From NCBI GenBank assembly GCA_951406725.2, contig OX597818.1:66774001-66838000 (forward strand): 64,000 nucleotides of DNA, written 5' to 3'. Below, one piece after another: positions 54,236 to 64,000 of this stretch (position 1 is its first letter; every line of letters begins with the position of its first letter). The notes under the pieces are model-generated. The model saw only the letters and a list, made by a program, of their open reading frames with translations. It did no database searches and was not told the origin of the DNA. The position numbers and the translations under genes are program-made. The DNA comes from Octopus vulgaris. Taxonomy: Eukaryota.

Positions 54236-55449
54236 ATATATATATGTGTGTGTGTGTGTGTCTGCACACAGATATCTATGCATAACCATATGTCTGTGAG
54301 CGTGAGAGTGCGCATATGTACATATATATGTTTCAATATGAGTATATATACATATGTATGTGTAGGCAAACAGGCACAAAGAAATCAGTAAACACCCGAA
54401 CGTTCTAATCCTCCTGTGACGTTAATCCAGATGGCTTCTTATAATACTCAAAACTTGTACTAATAAACACATTAACTGACTTGTGTGATCATATCAAAAA
54501 TAGAGAATATTTAAATACAAATATTATTTTATTATTGATTTAGATTATTATCGTGCCATCAACTCGTACATTTCCTTATTTAATGCCGAGTGCAGACCAA
54601 TATTCTCTCCTGAGATGATGATTATAGCTGAAAAGAAACAAATACAACATTTATCTTGTACTTAAATTTGACAAGCCTTTAAGTTCAGCTAGTTCAGTTG
54701 CAATTTGAGATAATATATCCAATTATTCATAAAATATCACGTGTAGAACGTAATATAATTTATCTTTTAGAATTTTATATCACTATTTCCAGTTATTTTT
54801 ATAACTTTATTTCTACTTAATGCACTGTCAATAGTGTAAACCAAACAAAATAAAAATGTGCTCATCAATACCAATTATAAGATGAAGCTAGTAATAACAA
54901 TAAGACCAGCACAACACAACACCACATGAGGCTGACTCTCAGCCTCATTTCACTTATGATGATTTCTTTGGCAGTAAATTTTCAGGAGTGTTTCTATGAG
55001 AAGCATTCTCGTAAATTTACCGAAAATATTTCCAGTAAACACCCACTGATTATTACATTTTCTTCTTTTAATTATACACAAATAAAATCATTCACGCAAT
55101 TGTTCTTGAAGCGTCAAAAATATATATATACTGACTTACACCGAAACATTTCAACACATAAGTTCGCACATAACTCATGCAAGTATACATCGAGGCATAC
55201 ATCAACACACAGCAAGGAAGATACGCCATGTCGTTTCCCAATTCTGATGAACCTCTTGCATGATGAGTGAATGCCTTCATGTTCAACGAGTGTGAATGTG
55301 GGAGCAAATACTCCTATACTCAATCATATCCACTGGAAAACACTGAAGTACTAATCCATCCATCCATCCATCCATCCATTCATCCATCCATCCATCCATA
55401 CATACATACATACATACATACATACATACATGCATACGTACATGCGTAG

Positions 55450-55633
55450 CCGTATTTTGTCTGTCGTTACGTTCCGAGTTCAAATTCCGCCGAGGTTAAC
55501 TTCGCCTTTCATCCTTTCGGGGTCGATAAATTATGTACCAGTTACGCACTGGGGTCGATGTAATCGACTTAATCTCTTTGTGTGTCCTTGTTTGTCCCCT
55601 CTGTGTGTAGCCCCTTGTGGGTAGTAAAGAAAT
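55450..55633 (+). mobile_element. SINE family B, 5'-truncated
   Basis: High similarity to 50865-51045. Confidence 0.9.
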
Positions 55634-55663
55634 ATATATATATATATATATACACACACACGC

Positions 55664-56105
55664 GCACAGGTGTAGCTTTGTGGTGAGTAGCTTGCTTAAA
55701 TAGTGCCGGGTTCAGGCCCACAGCGTCGTACTCTGGGGAAATGTCTTCTATTATAGCCTCGGTTCGACCAAAACTGTGTGAATGGATTTGGTAGCCGGAA
55801 ACTGAAAGAAACCCATCGTATATACACACACACACATATATTATATGTGTGGGGGTGTTGGGAGGTTTGTGTGGGGGTGTGGCGGTGCGTGGGTTGTGTT
55901 TGTGCATCTGTGTATGTTTACCCCCACCATCGATTGACAAATGATGTTCGTATATCAACGTCGTCGTAACTTAGCGGTTCGGAAAACAAACAACTAGAAT
56001 ACGTAATAGGCTTACAAAAGATAAGCCATGGCGTGTATTTGTTCGAGTAAAGTCATTGCTCCAGCATGGCCGCAGTTAAATTACTAGCACAAATAAAAGA
56101 AAAGA
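55664..56105 (+). mobile_element. SINE family A, full length
   Basis: Colinear with the 2357 and 60575 copies. Confidence 0.88.
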
Positions 56106-56272
56106 ATGCTCATTGAATGCTCGATAGGCAGCCGACAACTTATGAACGGTCGTTCTCTGTTTTTACGTGTTCTGTTTTCCATTTTTTCTCTCGTTGTTTG
56201 CGTATTTAACTCGCTTGTTTTCGTACTTCATGCTGTTTACACCATCGGTGACGACCTGTACCTATATGCATA

Positions 56273-56665
56273 TCTTTATATATAAAAGTCAAGTTGTGTG
56301 TCTGTCTACTACGATTTAGATTCATAACTACTCCCACATTTTGCGGTGCAGTGTAACCAAAAGCGGGTATCTTATAGTCGTGATTCATATCGAGCCCTTC
56401 ATGGTATGAGCGCGCGTCTACAATGAGTTTACGATTTTAAAAATAATTTACCGTCATTTTTTTCCATTTTAATGCATTTTTTCGCTATTATATAAGGGAA
56501 GTAACTCTCTAAATATGTCTACGATGAGTCAACGATTTAAAAACAAATTACCATCATTTTTTCCGTTTTTAATGCATTTTTTGCTATTTTTTGGCTATAA
56601 CTCTCTAAAAATGCTTATATAGTTATTTCCCTTACAAACCCGAGCAACGCCGGGCGATACTGCTA

Positions 56666-56666
<1 letters not shown>
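56273..56666 (+). mobile_element. Non-autonomous Helitron (about 394 bp)
   Basis: A|TCTTTATATATAAAAG start, 3' hairpin CCCGAGCAACGCCGGG + CTAG|T, no TSD; internal tandem duplication of about 100 bp (56416-56610). Confidence 0.88.
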
Positions 56667-56705
<39 letters not shown>

Positions 56706-56724
56706 TCTATTATTATGTATGTAA

Positions 56725-57400
56725 TTATAATTAGGGTTCAGCAATATTTGCTCCACCACATACCGAAGTTTAGAAATAGCAGTTAAACTACTATTTCACT
56801 ACCATAAGAACATCTCCCAGACAGCTGTCTGGGAGATTTTCTTCTTTCTAAAAGATATTCCTTTAGAAAGAAGAAAACACTAAAGAGAAAAAGGGAAAAG
56901 TTTCAATTTCTCCACAAAAAAAATCAACGAGGAACAACAAACAATTTAAAAAACTTTAGTAAGACTATTCCACCCGGGTTTCTAAAACACAACTCCAAAT
57001 CTGCAAACAATAACACCATACAAACACCAGTTGCCGACGTCACCTAACTCTAGACCAATCACAACCAAACTTAAACAAATACAATAACTGACCCTTTAAT
57101 AGAATCAACCATCCGGAATGACTTATGAATATTTTCCACGTGGAAGCCAACCAGGCAGAACGGCAAACTTGACCACCCGAAAAACAAGATGTCACCAGTA
57201 CTTTATCGAATCAAAAATCAGATCCACACGCAGAAAAAAAAAACAATATAAATACACTGAATTCAAAAACACACTGTTACAAGCGAAAGTTCCTACATAG
57301 GACAGAAAGAGTATCAGAGAAATTGTAAACCAAATCCTCTTTTGTTATCGTTATCTTCATTTCTCCATCGTTTTTTCACCTCTTAACTCAGTTTCACTGA
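56725..57400 (+). mobile_element. Probable internally deleted PLE-derived element
   Basis: YEYFPRGSQPGR resembles the PLE pre-RT P.GS.PGR.YG motif; A-rich coding-like strand. Weak evidence. Confidence 0.35.
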
Positions 57401-57732
57401 ACCTTTGAAGATTTTCATTCCTTGTCCATTACTGCTAACACTAATGACATTTGTACATTCAAACAAATCGATGCATAATTTTAATATTATTGTAAGTTAT
57501 GAACATTTAAACTTTTCTGCATCGAAATTTTTGAACGTGTTTCTCTGCTTCAAAATTCTAAATTTGTCTCTTATGAATTTTAAATTTGTGAATATTGAAA
57601 CTTTTAAAGATGGTTTTCTAATTATTAATTCTAAAATTTTAACATTGGCTAAACAAATAATTTTATTGAAGCTAATCTGGCATATATGTAAATATATTTA
57701 TCTGAAACAGTTACAAGTTTCTCACATTTTCC

Positions 57733-57734
<2 letters not shown>

Positions 57735-57778
<44 letters not shown>

Positions 57779-57960
57779 CACATATATGTACGTATATATA
57801 CATACATATATGTATATATACATATGTACACATACATATATATGTACGTATATGTACATACATATATGTACATATATATACATATATATACATACACATA
57901 TGTACACATATACACACACATACATGTACGTAGATTCGTATATCCATATATATACATTTA
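57735..57960. repeat. Imperfect (TA)n/(TACA)n microsatellite
   Basis: Directly visible. Confidence 0.93.
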
Positions 57961-58548
57961 TATGTCTATGTGTCTGAGTCTCTGTATATGTTCATGCATG
58001 TTTATGAGTGTGTGTGTGCGTGTTTGTGACTGTATATATACTGTAGCTCAATAGCAAAGCTTGAACTTAACTCTACACAATACGAACATATTTTCCTATA
58101 TTTCAGTTAGAGGAAATAACTACAAGTACAGTTTATTTCACTAAAGACCATATTGAACTATTTGAGTGCCTGAACATATCATCAGTACACATTTGAACGA
58201 TGTACATCTTTCGGCTAGCATGAATAAAATATCAGCCACTAGCGTTATGTATGTAAAATACAACAGGTATTACAGACACTACAAAACAATGCCAATAAAT
58301 GTTTAATGTCTAATTGGCCGCCTCGTCTGTTCGCACTCAGTGTAATGTTGTAGATCGAGAGACGACTAATGTAGAAACACACTGTCTGTTTTCACTTTGA
58401 TTACTTCAATTTCCTCGGCAACGTGTTACAAAGTTCGAGGCCAAAAAGTGTAATTGATTTGTAATTATCTTAACGACTGTTTTAATGCTTAATTAATGCT
58501 CGTTCCGTGTCCAAATATGTAAAATACCGCAATAAAACTATGTATGTT

Positions 58549-58631
<83 letters not shown>

Positions 58632-59182
58632 GAGTGTATCTCTGTGTATTTCAGTCTCTGTGCATAGCAGGAGTTGCGTTGTTTACAAAAAAACAATTTT
58701 AACAAGAAAGTCACCTGTTAGATATCCTCGTCACATAAAATTTTTTTTTTCTTTTCATCGTAGGCTCTAATTTGCATACGATTTCTTAGAATATAGATAT
58801 TAACGACTGTGTTTAACTATTCATTCAAAGTTTTCTTTAAGACGTGACTTGTGTCCGATAAATATGACATCTGAATATCTTTGATTAATTCGTAAATGAC
58901 AGACAATTCCTAGATCATGGCAACTAAACATCAATTAAACATTATCTCGAACATTTAGATTATTTCCAAACAGTGACTTCGTTAAATAATTTTACATACT
59001 TTTTGTGTGTGTGTGTGTGTGTTATTTGAAAACATTAATGGCCAGATGTTACATAGGTGCTGAAGATTTAGGCTATATTTCATCCATTCGCAATGTTTAA
59101 ATTGATTGTTTTCTTACATTGAAATATAATGAATACTTTTCTGTATTTTACCTTGTATATTGTTTTAATTCCTTTACACTCT

Positions 59183-59263
59183 CTCTTTTCTCTTTTACTC
59201 TTTTGACTGTGGCCATGCTGGAGCACCGCCTGTAATCGAGCAACTCTAGGGGGAAAAAGACAT

Positions 59264-59322
<59 letters not shown>

Positions 59323-59488
59323 TCCGACAGGCCTCTTTCAGTTTCCGTCTACCAAACCCACTCACAAAGAATTGGTCGGCCCGGGGCTATAGCAGAAGAC
59401 ACTTCCCCAAGATGTCACGCAGTGTGACTGAACCCGGAACCATGTGGCTGGTTAGCAAGCTACTTACCACACAGCCACTCCTGCGCCT
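59183..59488 (-). mobile_element. SINE family A with internal deletion
   Basis: Ends ..CTTACCACACAGCCACTCCTGCGCCT, the reverse complement of the family A head. Confidence 0.9.
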
Positions 59489-60172
59489 ATCAAATATTTT
59501 ACTGGATGTATTAAAGAGTATTCTTGATAAATCAGTATAATCAGTATAACGTGTTCTCCAAAGAATTATATGAATTAAACGCATAATACCATTTAATTTG
59601 GATTCCATAGAGTAGCAGGAATAAATATTCGATTTAAGTAACCCGACAACTTATAGAACAGTTTGTCGTATAATTCGATGTCAGAGAGGAAAGTTGCTAA
59701 GTCTTAAGTGCTCTCTTGGTGCTCTAATCTTCCTCCTTCATCATAGTACATATTCACTATTGTAGGGAGTTTGCGCAGACATAAAGAATGAGAAAATATT
59801 CATCCAGAAAATGACTCAGTGTTTTCAATATGCACGGTTAACATTCAACATAATTTTTCATCATAATGTTTAGTTCTTGTGCTTAAAATTTGCCAATGCT
59901 GGGTGTGTAATAAATATACACATTCAATAAAATATTGATATGATTTGCGTGCATCATAGCGCATTGAAACATGTAGAAAGAAAAATACAGACAGGGAGAG
60001 AATCGGTTACTCACTTTGCAACATATGTGTAGGCAATCGATTGTTATTTCTGGAGATTAAGTCATTGTGAATTGCATGAAAGGTAGCAAAAAACAGTCAA
60101 CCTCAATGAATAATACAGAGTCTTGGTAGTGACGAAGTATTATGAGAGAGAGAAGCAGGTAGACGGACAGAT

Positions 60173-60400
60173 AAGGCGGCGAGCTGGCAGAATGGTTAGC
60201 ACCCCGGGCGAAATGCTTAGCGGGGTTTCGTCTGCCGTTACGTTGAGAGTTCAAATTCCGCCGAGGTCGACTTTGCCTTTCATCCTTTCGTGGTCCATAA
60301 ATTAAGTACTAGTTATGCACTGGTGTTGATATAATCGACTTAATCCTTTTGTCCTTGTTTGTTCTCTTTGTGTTTAGCCTCTTGATGGTAGTAAATAAAT
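60173..60400 (+). mobile_element. SINE family B
   Basis: AGGCGGCGAGCTGGCAGAATGGTTAGC head; colinear with 50814. Confidence 0.92.
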
Positions 60401-60574
60401 AGATAGACAGATATATTGTGTCATCCAGATGAATGCATTAAATGTTATAGCGATAACACTACTCGGGAAACTACTGTCGGCACACGAAATAACATGATAG
60501 GTTATCTGGCTGCAGATATACAGCACTCGCAACAGACAATACATTGTTTCTAAATTATAACACACTTCTGCATA

Positions 60575-60794
60575 TTACTCTTTTACTTGTTTCAGTCATT
60601 TGACTGCGGCCATGCTGGAGCACCGCCCTTTAGTCGAGCAAATCGACGCCGGGACTTATTCTTTGTAAGCCCAGTACTTATTCTATCGGTCTCTTTTGCC
60701 AAACCGCTAAGTGACGGGGACGTAAACACACCAGCATCGGTTGTCAAGCAATGCTAGGGAGACAAACACAGACACACAAACATATTCACACACA

Positions 60795-60856
<62 letters not shown>

Positions 60857-61022
60857 TGCGACATGCTTCTTTCAGTTTCCGTCTACCAAATCCACTCACA
60901 AGGCATTGGTCGGCCCGGGGTTATAGAAGAAGACACTTGCCCAAGATGCCACGCAGTGGGATCGAACCCGGAACAATATAGTTGGTTAGCAAGCTACTTA
61001 CCACACAGCCACTCCTGCGCCT
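60575..61022 (-). mobile_element. SINE family A, full length
   Basis: Complete head, central (TA)n/(AC)n and tail, in reverse orientation. Confidence 0.93.
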
Positions 61023-61904
61023 ATGAACATTTCTTGTAATCTAAGAACGGAATAAGTTATCATATCTAATTCAATAATAAATATAATGTTTGACATAATT
61101 CACATAGTTATGAAATATTTTAATGCTACATATAAACACAGGTAGATTTACATAAATATCGATATTATAAATAACCGCGGTGACAGATTTTGAATGAATT
61201 AACCATTCGTATGATTCACAAAGTACGTGTCCATGTTGTAAAAATTTATGCTTTGAGCAACGAAGGCTGTATCTGCCGCCTCGATTTGCGTGTTAAAAGT
61301 AACATTTGAAACAACGAGAAACTCCAGAATAGCTTTAAATACAGAGACATTCCTCAATGGCATCGTTAACGTTAGCAATAATGGCAACTGCAGTGGCCTC
61401 TCGCTACTCTTCCACTCTCGAATATATTCTCACTCCTGTTCTACATTATAGATATATAAAGTACTTTAGCAGACGACATGATGGAGAGCAATAGAGAGGG
61501 GCTATGTCATTAATGTGGTCGTAGGTGGTGGCGAAATTACTGTGATGTTTCAATGACTGATCGATTAATCAAACAATGAATATGTTAATTGGTTAAATAT
61601 CTATAAACTTAAATGAAGTGTAACAGAACCTATGCATGTATTTCTTATTCACATAGTTTGTTCTCCGTTCTTACAACTAGCCTGGTGGCCTAAAAACTCA
61701 ACAAATGAAACATCGTAAATATTAATTGAGGAAACGTATGGAACATGAACTTTTAATTTTTTTTAATTTATTTTTTAAATTTTATTTTATCTAGTTTCAG
61801 CTCACGAGCTGTGGCCATGCTTATGGCACCGCTTGTGTGCAAGACTTTTATAACATTTTTTCTTTTATATTTCACCCAGCTATTTAGTTCCTCGTAATAT
61901 ATTG

Positions 61905-62267
61905 TGGCACTCCGTCGGTTACGACGACAAGAGTTACAGATGATCCGATCCACGGATCAGCCTGCTGGTGAAATTAAATTGCAGCTTGCTGAGCACTCCA
62001 CAGACACGTGTACTCTTAACGTAGTTCTTGAGGAGATTCAGCATGACAAAGATTATGAAAAGTGTTGTACGTTTGAAAAACTGGTACAACAGAAGCAGGA
62101 AGAAAGAATGAGAGAAAGTTGTGGTGAAAGAGCACAGTAGGGTTCGCCACCCACCTTGCCGGAGACTCGTGGAGCTTTATGTGTTTTCGCTCAATAAACA
62201 CACACCATGCTCGATCGAAACCGCGCCCCTATTCTGCTGCTATAACGACTGGACCATTGCGCCTCCC
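61905..62267 (-). mobile_element. SINE family C
   Basis: Colinear with 6756-7134. Confidence 0.9.
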
Positions 62268-64000
62268 ATAATATATATTCTGCTGAACACATATGTTACG
62301 TGCTTCCTTCAGCTGCTGTTTCCCCAAAAACATTGTAACCTAAGAACCATGCAATTTCTTAGTTTATGAATCTACATTTAATAACCTTACCCATTCCCTA
62401 ATGTAGTTTTAAATGTAGATTTCAAAGTGTATCCAAAATGCCCTGTTAATATAAACTGTAACTTTAACCTCCTCGTATCCCCTCATTTATTCCATTATTC
62501 ACAGTATTAGTCAAAATAAAGTTCAAGGTTTCCACTTTATGCTGTTTACCTTTCTGCCTCTAAATTTCTCGCCCTAAATACCCTGAAGACTTTCAACCTG
62601 CAACAAATCCACAACTCTCAACTCAGTTCTTTCAAGACGCCCCTACCAGATAGCTACAACCTAATTGTTTTAGTCTAAAATATTCCTAAAATATTATTAA
62701 CAATAATATAAATTAGTCTTGCAATGTTTCGCCAAGTTTAGTGACATTAATTGCGTCATGGTATGCGGTTTCCCAAGGACAATAGTCATCAAAATAACCC
62801 CTTGATATATATTTTTATCATTATAGCAATGTGTCTATTGCCATAAGTGGCATACGATTATATTGTAGATCTGTGTATTATCATTATTTGAGAAATGTTA
62901 TCAAAATGAATTTAGTATTGTAATATCATTAGCGTTAGCAGTTTTTGCGTTATAATCAGATACTAATAAACTGATTCTGTCTGTCATGCTCTTGCTGTGG
63001 TATCTCGTGCAATGAGTAATATTAGGACGAGGTATGTTGTTCAGGAACTGAATTTCGTTTGTGATAATCCTGATTCTTGTCTTTATTAGAATTGACTTCC
63101 TTCTCACGGCTATTAAATATAATGAACTTCAATATCACACCATTGAACCTCTATACAACAAGGATTGCTCAGAAAATTATATGGGGAAATAGATTCTTGA
63201 CAGGTGAAACGAATTTACAAACTTTTCAACCAAATCCTATTCCAGGTAGACAATACAATAGAGGGACTAAATTTCATAGCATATAGAATATATTCTTCAT
63301 TTTGTTATCTGCATTGATGCTGACTATCCCTTAGATAAATAGATTGTACATACTTGATTAAACATGACTACTGTTGTCTCAACGCAATTTTTCAGCTCTT
63401 CCATGCTGAATGTTACAAATATTTAGTCCAATTCTAACAAGCCTTATCTGTACCTTATAAAGCATTAAAAATCTTCTTTTTTTCATCTAAGTATAAATTT
63501 ATATTTCTAAATGAATTTATTTATGAAGTATGAAAACATATTTATGTGAGTGTGTTTGTATAAGCTTCGGAAACAGAGTTCGACAAAGGGCTCTGCATTT
63601 AAAAGAATGGAATGTGTGAATATGTTTCGATAAATAAATATATATAGACAATGTACTTATATTGATGATGCATACATGAATATATGTGTTTGTGTGGGGT
63701 GCTTGTATGTGTGTGTGTGCGAGCGCGCGAGTGTGTACAAGTAAATTTGTTAGATTAGCCTCTCTTAATGGTTTGATAAGCATCTAGAATAAAGACAGTG
63801 GAGGCAATACTATATATCTAAAATTACGTCCGCAAAGTGACAGATATTAGTCTCATACAGTGTTGAGAAGTGAGAATATGTCACTGTTTTTCTTTGAACA
63901 GTGACAGGCACTAGAGATGGTTAATTGATAATTTCTTTCTTTTAATAACATTCTCATCATTAATTTATATTCATTCTTCCTAAAATTTCAGACGTGATTG

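Noticed and set aside
62958-63037. Plus-strand exon ending GAG|GTATGT
   Set aside because: All frames from the nearest acceptor contain stops and no homology is recognisable.

Overview
AT-rich eukaryotic DNA, intronic or intergenic, with no host protein-coding gene I can support. It is most likely cephalopod (Octopus-like), inferred from the SINE families and the density of (TA)n, (AC)n and (ATT)n tracts. Nearly all listed ORFs are translated microsatellites. The window holds decayed mobile elements: at least four tRNA-derived SINE families, RTE and CR1 LINE fragments, R4/Dong-type LINEs inside (TAA)n tracts, several Penelope-like elements (PLEs; RT and GIY-YIG fragments), non-autonomous Helitrons, a Helentron-associated element, Tc1/mariner remnants and MITEs. 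The signal the ORF track misses is a set of about 10 minimal type I hammerhead-ribozyme-like motifs with palindromic stem III. These include a short (AAT)n-associated non-coding family, cores with a U3-A8 swap in three unrelated contexts, and two loci where the motifs occur as inverted pairs. All folds were derived by eye and none has been tested.
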